Assembly (NCBI GenBank): GCA_964614375.1
Contig: CAZTLI010000002.1
Coordinates: 1 to 36,176 of the forward strand
DNA: 36,176 nucleotides
Reading direction: 5' to 3'
From: an uncultured Anaerolineaceae bacterium
Lineage (GTDB): Bacteria > Chloroflexota > Anaerolineae > Aggregatilineales > Phototrophicaceae
In this document: piece by piece, positions 7,264-15,537 of the stretch
How positions within the stretch are numbered: position 1 is the first letter of the stretch
How the letters are laid out: the number at the start of each line of letters is the position of its first letter
Program-made: the position numbers and the translations under genes
The notes under the pieces: model-generated
What the model was told of the DNA's origin: nothing
The model's input: the letters and a program-made list of their open reading frames with translations, nothing else
Database searches by the model: none

Positions 7264-9251
7264 TCTTTCAGCGCGTTGAAAAATTCGCCAGCGGACTGAA
7301 AGCGATCATCCGGGTCTTTGGCGAGGGCGCGCAGGATAAGCTCCGCCAGACGACCTGACATATCGGGCACGATTTTACGCGGGTCGGGCGCGGGCTGCTG
7401 TAACAGCGCAAACACAACCTGACCCACGCCGCCGCTAAAGGGGCGCTGTCCGGTCAAAATCTCGTATAGTGTGACACCCATCGCATACACATCGGCGCGA
7501 TGGTCTATATTTTTTGCGGCGATAAGCTGTTCTGGGGCCATATAATCCGCCGTGCCGACCAACTCGGTATCTGTAGACCCGTTCAAACTGGCGGCGGGCA
7601 TTGACGGGTTGGTGATGCTGCCATTGCTGAGAATCTTGGAAATGCCGAAGTCCATCAAAATCACATGCTGCGTTTCATTGTCTTCTGCCAACCGCAGCAT
7701 GATATTGGACGGTTTCACATCGCGGTGGACGATATTGTTGCTATGCACATAATCGAGCGCCTTGCAAAGCTGCTCGAAGACTTCCAGCAGTTCCTCTTTA
7801 TCGAGTTCGCCGCGCGCCTTGACGAAATGCCCCAAATCTTGCCCGTCAATGAATTCGAGCACCATATAGTGTGTGTCATTTTCGATGCCGGCTTCATAGA
7901 GTTTAACGATATTGGGATGTTCCAGCAGCGCCGTGATGTTCGCCTCGCGGTCAAAGCGGACGAGGATGTCTTTATCGAGCTGCTTTTCGGGCAGGACGAC
8001 TTTAATCGCGACGACATCGCCATCATGGAAGCCTTTATAGACTTCACCCATACCGCCCGTCGCCACGACGCCCAATACCTCGTATTTGCTCAGTGTTTGC
8101 CCCGTGAGCATTCCGGGATTTTTGATTTCGGGTTTTTGGTCGGCTTTCTTGAGTTCGTTCAGGTCAACCCGGAAGCCATAAATACGCAAATCGACAAAAT
8201 GGCGTATGCGTCGCCGCAGGGGATTAATCAGCAAGAGGGCAGCGACAGTCGTGACCAGAAAGGCCACCGCGAGATAGGTCTCGCCGAGTATCGCCTGCAA
8301 GACGAGTATACCCGCGACCGAGAGCACAATCAGCAAACCCGCGACCAGAAAACCGACAATCGTGCGATTGATGACGAAATCAATATCCCATAAGCGCGAA
8401 CGCAGCATCGCCATCATCACTGAAATTGGGAAGACACTGATGGGCAGCCCGATGAAGAAGATCCAGCTACCCAGCAGATAAAACATACGAACGAACGCAT
8501 GGTCAGCCAGCCAGGGCGTAATCAGGATGTCGATGATGACCCAGAATAACGCCGGGATAATCGCCACCGCCATGCCATAGACCGCCCACTTGGTCTGCTG
8601 CTTCTGCGAACGGGTTGCGGTGTGGACATAGCGCCAGCGTTGGGTGATTAAACCCAATGCCAGAAAGCCCATCAGCGCGATGAACATCAACTGTGACCCG
8701 CCCGGATTCCAGATATGTTCATTCACCGCAAACAGGAACATCAACACGCCATAAATCGGCACAAGCCAGCGCGCCCATTTGGGGATAAATCGCCCATCCG
8801 GGAAGATGAACGTCAACCCGATGAGGCTGACCTTACCGACCGCATCGACGATAATCACAGGCCACAGAAACAACGTGACGCTGGTGGCAAAAACGCGCGA
8901 CGTGGGGCCAATGGTGGTCGAAAACGTGATCAAGGCCAGCGATACGACCAGCGCCGCCATATCGTCACTGCGTTTCACGAATAAGACGAAAGCGACCACC
9001 ACCGATACCAACACATAGACCACTTCCACCAGCACCAGATACAATGAGTAAGTTTGTGGACTGAGGCCAATGGTACTTAGCGGTTCGAGGAACAATTCCA
9101 GACTGCGCCCCAACCGATAGTCGTAATTGAAAGGGATTCCCGCTAGAAATGAAATCAGGCCGATGATACCCAGGACCAGCCATGTCGTGCGGATGATACG
9201 GAGATAAACAGGGTTAATGATTCGAATCGATTTGGTGGTTGTGGTGTCCAT
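7254..9251 (-). CDS. Hanks-type Ser/Thr protein kinase with a roughly 400-aa N-terminal polytopic membrane module
   Basis: Kinase motifs GGMGEVYKG, VVAIKVV, HRDVKPSNIML, DFGISK and GTADYMAPE lie in the C-terminal half. The N-terminal half has about 10 hydrophobic segments. I prefer the start MDTTTTKSIRI at 9251 (GAGG 6 nt upstream). The ORF-track start at 9368 would overlap the upstream gene. Confidence 0.85.
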   Translation of the reverse strand: MDTTTTKSIRIINPVYLRIIRTTWLVLGIIGLISFLAGIPFNYDYRLGRSLELFLEPLSTIGLSPQTYSLYLVLVEVVYVLVSVVVAFVLFVKRSDDMAALVVSLALITFSTTIGPTSRVFATSVTLFLWPVIIVDAVGKVSLIGLTFIFPDGRFIPKWARWLVPIYGVLMFLFAVNEHIWNPGGSQLMFIALMGFLALGLITQRWRYVHTATRSQKQQTKWAVYGMAVAIIPALFWVIIDILITPWLADHAFVRMFYLLGSWIFFIGLPISVFPISVMMAMLRSRLWDIDFVINRTIVGFLVAGLLIVLSVAGILVLQAILGETYLAVAFLVTTVAALLLINPLRRRIRHFVDLRIYGFRVDLNELKKADQKPEIKNPGMLTGQTLSKYEVLGVVATGGMGEVYKGFHDGDVVAIKVVLPEKQLDKDILVRFDREANITALLEHPNIVKLYEAGIENDTHYMVLEFIDGQDLGHFVKARGELDKEELLEVFEQLCKALDYVHSNNIVHRDVKPSNIMLRLAEDNETQHVILMDFGISKILSNGSITNPSMPAASLNGSTDTELVGTADYMAPEQLIAAKNIDHRADVYAMGVTLYEILTGQRPFSGGVGQVVFALLQQPAPDPRKIVPDMSGRLAELILRALAKDPDDRFQSAGEFFNALKEAQ

Positions 9252-9292
9252 GTATGCCTCGGACGATTGCTGTCCGTTGTGTTTTATACAGG

Positions 9293-9775
9293 TTAGGTGT
9301 GTTCTGGCAGTATTTGAGCAGATTGCCGTCGCTGCCGCCAGCGCCAGAAACGCGCCCACACTGACCATAATGCCAGACCGGGCAGGGTGTTTGCCAGTGG
9401 GCCGAGTATAAACGCATAATTCTTGTGGGTACTCCAGATTTCGACAATTTTGCCGTTGGCAAGTCGATAGGTGGCGGTACGCAGTTCCGATTTTGTGAGC
9501 GTGCCATTGCGAATGCCCGTCCAGCGCGCATACGCCGTGATAGTGCCATCGTCATTTTCAACCAGACGCGCGACCTCGACGCGGAGATTGCTCACCCGCC
9601 GCCGTGCGCGCAAAAACCACACCCAATCTTCCCACACACCCACACCCTGATTGGTGACTTGACTGACATGCAAAATCACATCCTCGGCGAGAATCTCGCG
9701 CACTGCCGAAAGCGGTAAATCCCCCGATAGAATGCGTGTGAGTTGTTGTGCGACATACTGGGTGCGTTCGTCCAT
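9293..9775 (-). CDS. SnoaL/NTF2-like fold protein with a hydrophobic C-terminal tail
   Basis: About 120 aa with an NTF2-like pattern (ILAEDVILHV.., YRLANGKIVEIWSTHKN), then YAFILGPLANTLPGLALWSVWARFWRW. AAGGAAG precedes the ATG and overlaps the stop of the upstream FAD gene, which suggests translational coupling. Confidence 0.6.
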   Translation of the reverse strand: MDERTQYVAQQLTRILSGDLPLSAVREILAEDVILHVSQVTNQGVGVWEDWVWFLRARRRVSNLRVEVARLVENDDGTITAYARWTGIRNGTLTKSELRTATYRLANGKIVEIWSTHKNYAFILGPLANTLPGLALWSVWARFWRWRQRRQSAQILPEHT

Positions 9776-9784
9776 CAGGCTTCC

Positions 9785-11122
9785 TTATTGCCAATTCGAG
9801 AATAAGATATGGGTCTGCTCTGCAAGATTGGGCACATAATGAGCGCGGCAGGCATCGCGGATAAAGGTCGTTTTGCGGGACATATAAAGCAAAAAGTCGC
9901 AAACCGCAGTTCGCAGTGTGTTCGTCCCCAATCGTGGCGACATCAATAGCCGGCGCGCATTCGCCAGCACCGCTTTATCCATTTGTCGTACTATCGCCTC
10001 CGAAGTTAACATTTCATAGGGCGCTTCTACAAACCAGTTCAACGTCTGGTGCATGTCGGCAAGATGCAGCAAGTGCCGCTGATAGGCGGCGCCGTATTTC
10101 CGCGGATTTTTCAACACAGGTGCGGCAATCTCGGCGGCAGCCAGGATCGACCCGATGCCTGCCCCGGCGATCCAGCAGACCGAAATATACGCCGGCCCCA
10201 CCAGTAACCAGTTCGCACCATAAGCCCGTTCCTGGACATAATACTGATTAGGATGACTCTTGATGAGGGTGTGGCAGGGATAACGATCCCGATAGCAGAT
10301 GCCCCGTCGTCTAAAGGCGTCCTCCACCAGCGCAAGCAGTTCCTCTTCGGGATAGGCATTAGGGTCGGTATCGCCCAGTGTCGTTATGCCAATGGACACA
10401 TACGACCCTAAGGGAATACACCACGCAATCGCATGGATACCGTCGAGTTTCGGATACATGCCGAGAATGCTGGTGGCCGCCTCCCATGGGACGGCGTAAT
10501 AATCGGCGTGTGGCTGCCCGCTGCTGGTGTGATAGTGGGTATACACAGCGCGATGTAAGGTGCTGAGGGGTTCACGTTTTAATTCGGCGGCGCGGCTAAT
10601 CACTGCGCCATTGTTGGTCGCATCAAAGACAAATTGCGGTGTCAGCGCGTCGCCATTGGTCAGGCACAGTTGGGCTATCTGGTCTGTGTCGGCATGATAG
10701 GTGACTTCTTCGACAAATTCATTGATGACGGTGCAATAGGGCGTGGCGCTGACGTTTTGATACAATTCACGGTCAAAGGCGATGCGGTCAAAGTGCAGCA
10801 GTTCTTCGGGTCGCCTGTCGCCTGCTAATTGAAAAACCATAGCTTTCATCGGATGATGGTCGTTGAGAAAGCTGCACGATACGACGTGTTCACCCAGATA
10901 GGCCACACCGAGACTTTTGCGAAAGTAATGTTGGGCGAGGTCGGGAAAGTGCCTGTAGATGAGCAGTGTGCCTTCCAGATTGAGCGATTCGCCGGGTCGG
11001 GGTGTATCGTCGGGCGGGCTGCCGATAAGGATATGGGCTATTTGGGCATTGGATAGGGCACGACTAACAGTCATGCCGCCAATGCCCGCGCCGATAATAA
11101 CGGGTCTGTCGTCTGTTTCCAT
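9785..11122 (-). CDS. FAD-dependent oxidoreductase (flavin halogenase / geranylgeranyl-reductase-like fold)
   Basis: N-terminal dinucleotide-binding motif VIIGAGIGGMTVSRAL. AIAWCIPLG resembles the WxWxIP region of flavin halogenases. LLVGPAYISVCWIAGAGIG sits where GDAAxF..SSG is usually found. Confidence 0.7.
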   Translation of the reverse strand: METDDRPVIIGAGIGGMTVSRALSNAQIAHILIGSPPDDTPRPGESLNLEGTLLIYRHFPDLAQHYFRKSLGVAYLGEHVVSCSFLNDHHPMKAMVFQLAGDRRPEELLHFDRIAFDRELYQNVSATPYCTVINEFVEEVTYHADTDQIAQLCLTNGDALTPQFVFDATNNGAVISRAAELKREPLSTLHRAVYTHYHTSSGQPHADYYAVPWEAATSILGMYPKLDGIHAIAWCIPLGSYVSIGITTLGDTDPNAYPEEELLALVEDAFRRRGICYRDRYPCHTLIKSHPNQYYVQERAYGANWLLVGPAYISVCWIAGAGIGSILAAAEIAAPVLKNPRKYGAAYQRHLLHLADMHQTLNWFVEAPYEMLTSEAIVRQMDKAVLANARRLLMSPRLGTNTLRTAVCDFLLYMSRKTTFIRDACRAHYVPNLAEQTHILFSNWQ

Positions 11123-11256
11123 CGTAATAACCTGCCTACTGGTGACGGGTCATGGTTCAGTTATACTTCGTAAACGCTAAAAGCGCACATTTTTTCGACC
11201 AATTGGCGCGGGTTGGGGTTATAGTCCATAGAAATCGGGCAGATTACAGCCACTGC

Positions 11257-11265
11257 TGTTACAAT
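11257..11265 (+). promoter_or_regulatory. Candidate extended -10 promoter element TGTTACAAT for the molybdopterin oxidoreductase gene
   Basis: A TGnTACAAT match 34 nt upstream of the ATG at 11299, in a divergent intergenic region. Confidence 0.4.
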
Positions 11266-11298
11266 ACGCATTAAATAGACCTGTTTGGAGACGCGCGC

Positions 11299-13473
11299 AT
11301 GACCCAATCCCCGACCACCCATTACCGTACCTGCAATCTCTGTGAAGCGATGTGCGGCATCGTCGTGACTTACGAAGGCAAAAATATCCTGTCGATTAAG
11401 GGCGATAAAGACGACCCCTTCAGCAAAGGACACATCTGCCCAAAAGCGACGGCGCTGGAAGATGTCTATCACGATCCCAATCGTCTCAAACGCCCGGTAC
11501 GACGGACAGCCGACGGTTGGAAGGAGATTGGTTGGGAAGAAGCATTCGATGAAGTGGCGGCGAATCTCAAACGGATACAGGCCGCACATGGCAACAACGC
11601 CGTCGGCATCTATCTGGGCAATCCGAATGTGCATAATCTGGGCAGCATCCTCTATGGCCCACCCTTTAATCGCAGTCTACGCACCCGCAATCGTTTTTCC
11701 GCCACATCGGTTGACCAGCTTCCGCACCACTTCGCCGCCTATTTCATGTTTGGGCATCAACTGCTGCTGCCTGTGCCCGATGTAGACCGCACGGGCTATT
11801 TTCTGGTGTTGGGTGCGAATCCGATTGCGTCCAATGGCAGTTTGATGACCGCGGCGGGTATCGAAAATCGGTTGAAAGCGTTGCAGCAACGCGGCGGAAA
11901 ACTGGTTGTCATTGACCCACGTCGTACTGAGACCGCTAAAGCCGCAGACGAACACCATTTCATCCGTCCCGGCACAGATGCGCTGTTCCTGCTGGCGCTG
12001 GTGCATACGGTCTTTGCCGAGGGTCTGGACGATCCCGGTAGATTAGCTGAATTTACCGATGGCATCGACACCGTGCGCGGTCTTGTGCGTGATTTCTCGC
12101 CTGAAGCGGTGGCAGATGCAACAGGCATTGACGCGGAGACCATTCGGCGTATTGCCCGCGCATTCGCTGCGGCAGAGTCGGCGGTGTGTTATGGGCGTAT
12201 GGGCGTCTCGACACAGGCGTATGGGGGTCTCGCGCAGTGGTTGGTCAACCTCCTGAATATCATCACCGGCAATTTTGACCGTCCCGGCGGCGCGATGTTC
12301 ACGCTGCCGGCTGTGGATGTCGTCGGTCTGACGACCCTCACCGGACAGGTCGGCAGTTATGGACGCTGGCAGAGTCGCGTGCGGGGTGTGCCCAATTTTG
12401 GCGGCGAACTCCCGGCGGCAATTATGGCAGAAGAAATGCTCACACCCGGAGACGGGCAAATCAAAGCGATGGTGACGGTAGCGGGCAATCCGGTGCTTTC
12501 GACGCCGAATGGTGGGCAGTTGGATGACGCCTTTGCCGGACTGGATTTTATGGTGTCGATTGACATCTACATCAACGAAACGACGCGCCACGCCCATATC
12601 ATCCTGCCACCAACCACCGGACTGGAAACCGAACACTATGATGTGACATTCCACCTGCTGGCGGTACGGAATACGGCGAAATTCTCGCCCGCGTTGTTTG
12701 AGGCGGAAGACGGTCAACGTCATGATTGGCAAATTCTTAACGCCCTGCGCGAACGCATGGAAGCGGATAATGGCACGCCCGCGCCTGTGCATCGCAAGGA
12801 GTATCAGAAGCGACTCGCACCCGATAAACTCATTGACATGGCGCTGCGTTTTGGGCCGTATGGCGGTTGGGGGGGACGACGCGGTACAGGCGATGGATTA
12901 ACGCTGAAAAAGGTCGCGGATAATCCACATGGAATCGACCTTGGCCCGCTGCAATCGGTTTTGCCGGAACGCTTGAACACGCCCAACAAACGTATCGACC
13001 TCGCGCCAGAAATCATCGTCCATGACCTGTCGCGCGTCCGTCAACTGCTGGATGAAGCGCAGTCGGCGCGCGTCAATGGTTATGATATGGCGCTCATTGG
13101 GCGGCGGCACATTCGCAGCAACAATTCATGGATGCACAACAGCGAACGACTGGTACGCGGCAAGAATCGCTGCACGCTGTTGATTCACCCCGACGATGCC
13201 CAATCACGCGGTATCGACAATGGCGCGGTGGTCGAAGTGTTCTCGCGCGTAGGCCGCATCGAAATCGAAGCCGAAGTCAGCGACAGTATGATGCCGGGAG
13301 TGGTCAGCATCCCACATGGTTGGGGACATCATCGTCCCGGTGTGCAATTAGATGTGGCGCGGGAATACGCGGGAGTCAGTATCAACGACCTGACCGATGA
13401 CAAAGCCACTGATGAATTGACGGGCAATGCCGCCTTCAGTGGTGTGCCTGTGCGTGTGTGTCCGATTCCGTGA
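11299..13473 (+). CDS. Molybdopterin-dependent oxidoreductase (MopB superfamily, cytoplasmic type)
   Basis: N-terminal Fe-S Cys cluster YRTCNLCEAMCG..GHICPK. C-terminal molybdopterin-dinucleotide-binding-like block CTLLIHPDDAQSRGIDNGAVVEVFSRVGRIEIEAEV..PGVVSIPHGWG. There is no twin-arginine signal, and the ORF is uninterrupted (no in-frame TGA). Confidence 0.85.
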   Translation: MTQSPTTHYRTCNLCEAMCGIVVTYEGKNILSIKGDKDDPFSKGHICPKATALEDVYHDPNRLKRPVRRTADGWKEIGWEEAFDEVAANLKRIQAAHGNNAVGIYLGNPNVHNLGSILYGPPFNRSLRTRNRFSATSVDQLPHHFAAYFMFGHQLLLPVPDVDRTGYFLVLGANPIASNGSLMTAAGIENRLKALQQRGGKLVVIDPRRTETAKAADEHHFIRPGTDALFLLALVHTVFAEGLDDPGRLAEFTDGIDTVRGLVRDFSPEAVADATGIDAETIRRIARAFAAAESAVCYGRMGVSTQAYGGLAQWLVNLLNIITGNFDRPGGAMFTLPAVDVVGLTTLTGQVGSYGRWQSRVRGVPNFGGELPAAIMAEEMLTPGDGQIKAMVTVAGNPVLSTPNGGQLDDAFAGLDFMVSIDIYINETTRHAHIILPPTTGLETEHYDVTFHLLAVRNTAKFSPALFEAEDGQRHDWQILNALRERMEADNGTPAPVHRKEYQKRLAPDKLIDMALRFGPYGGWGGRRGTGDGLTLKKVADNPHGIDLGPLQSVLPERLNTPNKRIDLAPEIIVHDLSRVRQLLDEAQSARVNGYDMALIGRRHIRSNNSWMHNSERLVRGKNRCTLLIHPDDAQSRGIDNGAVVEVFSRVGRIEIEAEVSDSMMPGVVSIPHGWGHHRPGVQLDVAREYAGVSINDLTDDKATDELTGNAAFSGVPVRVCPIP

Positions 13474-13489
13474 TAGACAGGTGAAGCGA

Positions 13490-14536
13490 ATGAAAAATTC
13501 ACTTCTCTATCTATGCCTGCTTCTGGCAATCGGCGGTATCGTCAGCGCGCAAGTCCCGTCGTATCGCTGGCATATTGCCTATGTGCCACCTGTGCCGTGT
13601 GGGGATTTTGCCTGTGCAGAACAGGTGGTCATTCTGAACCCGCAGACGGGCGAAACGACTACCCTGGACATTGGGCAGTTAGACCCGACAACCGTGCGAG
13701 CCGCGCCAACGCTGCCCATTTTCCTTGTGGGTGTCTATGATGATGCCGGGGCGAGTTACGATGTCATACGGACAGATGGCAGCGAACGCTACCCACTTCT
13801 AAACGCATTTTATCGGAGTGTGTGGTCGCCAGATAGCACTCAGATTATCTATTTTGTGCCTTTTACCGCTGAATATGAATTTGTGTTGTATGGGATAGAC
13901 GTAGACGGCGAATCTGAACCGCGTGCAGTCAGTGGGCCACTGCTGCTCGACGGCTGGCTGGCATGGTCACCGGATGGGTCACAAATTGTATTCACAGTAC
14001 GCGATAATCCGGGCGAAACACAAACCAGTGAAATCTATATTAAAAACGCCGCCGGGGGTGATGTACGGCGACTTACGAACAACGATGTGCCCGATGTCAT
14101 ACCCCAGTGGTCGCCCGATGGCACGCGCTTCCTGCTGCTGACAGATGACGATACACCACCGCGCATCGACCAGATTGCGCTCATGAATGCCGATGGCACA
14201 GACCGCACTGTGCTGCTGACGGGTCATAATCCCCGCTGGTTGAGTGATACACAATTCCTGTATGTGACCGATCAGGGACTTGTGCCCGACCCGCGTTTTA
14301 CCGACTTTCACGTCTTTGACCTTGAGACGGGCGAATCGGAAATGCTGTTTCGTGTCGATGGTAACATCGGTACGATCCAGGTCGTGCCGGATTATTCGCA
14401 ATTTTTCTATGTGTGGAATCGCGATGGACACCAGCTTGCCATTTGCGTCTATCGTTTTGAAACGCGCGAACAGCAATGCTTCGACACCATGATCCACCCC
14501 CAAAACACGCCGCAATGGGTGCTGGTCGAGGAGTAA
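13490..14536 (+). CDS. Secreted PD40/TolB-like beta-propeller repeat protein
   Basis: Signal peptide MKNSLLYLCLLLAIGGIVSAQV. Repeated WSPDSTQIIYF, WSPDGSQIVFT and WSPDGTRFLLL blocks. I prefer the ATG at 13490 to the ORF-track start at 13427, which overlaps the upstream gene. Confidence 0.75.
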   Translation: MKNSLLYLCLLLAIGGIVSAQVPSYRWHIAYVPPVPCGDFACAEQVVILNPQTGETTTLDIGQLDPTTVRAAPTLPIFLVGVYDDAGASYDVIRTDGSERYPLLNAFYRSVWSPDSTQIIYFVPFTAEYEFVLYGIDVDGESEPRAVSGPLLLDGWLAWSPDGSQIVFTVRDNPGETQTSEIYIKNAAGGDVRRLTNNDVPDVIPQWSPDGTRFLLLTDDDTPPRIDQIALMNADGTDRTVLLTGHNPRWLSDTQFLYVTDQGLVPDPRFTDFHVFDLETGESEMLFRVDGNIGTIQVVPDYSQFFYVWNRDGHQLAICVYRFETREQQCFDTMIHPQNTPQWVLVEE

Positions 14537-14544
14537 CGGGCAAG

Positions 14545-14576
14545 GTTAGAAATTTAGAACAAAAATTCTAACTTTT
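14545..14576 (+). terminator. AT-rich hairpin plus T-run after the PD40 gene
   Basis: GTTAGAA(A)TTT-agaacaa-AAATTCTAAC followed by TTTT, 9 nt after the stop codon. The stem is AT-rich, so the terminator may be weak. Confidence 0.5.
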
Positions 14577-14592
14577 GGTCTGAATTTTGTAA

Positions 14593-14598
14593 TATAAT
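14593..14598 (+). promoter_or_regulatory. Consensus -10 hexamer TATAAT upstream of the TIR gene
   Basis: Perfect TATAAT 74 nt upstream of the ATG at 14672. I could not identify a convincing -35. Confidence 0.4.
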
Positions 14599-14610
14599 AC
14601 GGTCAGGGGT

Positions 14611-14622
14611 GATTCGCGAATC
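14611..14622. promoter_or_regulatory. Perfect 12-bp palindrome GATTCGCGAATC in the TIR gene leader (operator candidate)
   Basis: The sequence is self-complementary and lies 13 nt downstream of the TATAAT, at about +6 to +17 of the predicted transcript. Confidence 0.35.
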
Positions 14623-14671
14623 GTCCTTACAAGACCATCTACCATAATCCATTGAAAGTTGTGCGGTTTCT

Positions 14672-15535
14672 ATGACCAATAGACCGAATATCTTCATCAG
14701 TCACAGCACCGATGATAATGATTTCACACGCGCACTGGCGGAAGAATTGCGCGACGCCGGGTTGGACGTGTGGGTGGACCTCGACAGCATCCGCCAGGGC
14801 GAAAAATGGCTGCGCGCCATCGAACAAGCCATCAACGACTGCACGGCGACAGTGGTCGTGATGTCGGTGGCGGGGCGCGCCAGTGAATGGGTCGAACGCG
14901 AGACGTTGATGGTCATGGATTTGGGTAAGCCCGTTTTCATCGCTTTGATAGACGATAGTCCGCTGCCGCTGCATCTGATTAATCGCCAATTCACCGATTT
15001 TCGCGATGACCTTGATGGCGCGACGCAGAGTCTCATCGCCGAGCTGAAGGCCAGCAAACCGACGCCGCCAGTCGCCAAAGCGCCGACGCCCAATCCCGAT
15101 AATTTCTTCGCCTATATCGAGCAGCTACCGGGTGGCGAACGGGCCGCCCTCATCGCCCGTGACCTGTATCGGTGGGCGTGTGACCGTGCCGACAGCGTGA
15201 CCTTTGGTGGTAAGCACAATCCCGGATTTCATGCCAATGTGCGCTTGAATGGCAAAGAGGTGGCGGTATTTTCGGTCTGGGCCTATCCACGTCATCCGGC
15301 GGTGATGGTCAATTTCAGCTATTTTGGCAAACATGCGCCCTATTCCACCCGCAAAAGCCGCCTGGATGTGCTCAAAGCGGTTAATGGCCTACTGCGCGAT
15401 ACCGAGCAGTTCAGCAATGACCGCGCCGGACAGCGCCCGACCATTCCCATCGTGCCCGTGTTCAATCGCGCCGAGACGCTCGAACGCTTTCAGGACATCA
15501 TGCAAGCTGTGATGGACAACCTGCGGAGTGTGTAA
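14672..15535 (+). CDS. TIR-domain protein with an uncharacterised C-terminal domain of about 150 aa
   Basis: IFISHSTDDNDFTRALAEELRDAGLDVWVDLDSIRQGEKWLRAIEQAINDCTATVVVMSVAGRASEWVERETL matches the bacterial TIR_2 pattern, including the SxWVxxE glutamate. A Pro/Ala linker follows, then a domain I cannot assign (NFFAYIEQLPGGERAALIARDLYRWACDRADSVTFGGKHNPGFHANVRLNGKEVAVFSVWAY..). Confidence 0.85.
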   Translation: MTNRPNIFISHSTDDNDFTRALAEELRDAGLDVWVDLDSIRQGEKWLRAIEQAINDCTATVVVMSVAGRASEWVERETLMVMDLGKPVFIALIDDSPLPLHLINRQFTDFRDDLDGATQSLIAELKASKPTPPVAKAPTPNPDNFFAYIEQLPGGERAALIARDLYRWACDRADSVTFGGKHNPGFHANVRLNGKEVAVFSVWAYPRHPAVMVNFSYFGKHAPYSTRKSRLDVLKAVNGLLRDTEQFSNDRAGQRPTIPIVPVFNRAETLERFQDIMQAVMDNLRSV

Positions 15536-15537
15536 TT

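Noticed and set aside
9252-9368. N-terminal extensions proposed by the ORF track: kinase to 9368, single GNAT to 19490, PD40 protein to 13427, acyP to 24314, MOSC to 6465, Uma2 to 35289
   Set aside because: The extensions overlap upstream genes or lie in non-coding-looking sequence, and they add Arg/Cys-rich or non-homologous residues. Internal ATG codons with SD-like sequences coincide with where family homology or signal peptides begin. The exact starts remain uncertain.
11299-13473. Selenocysteine recoding or frameshift in the molybdopterin oxidoreductase (common in formate-dehydrogenase-like enzymes)
   Set aside because: The 724-aa frame is continuous from the Fe-S motif to the C-terminal domain, with no in-frame TGA and no break.
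14672-15535. Calling the TIR gene a Thoeris (ThsB) component
   Set aside because: No ThsA-like SIR2/Macro/SLOG gene is adjacent or anywhere in the window. The protein also has an extra C-terminal domain not typical of ThsB. It is kept as an unclassified TIR protein.
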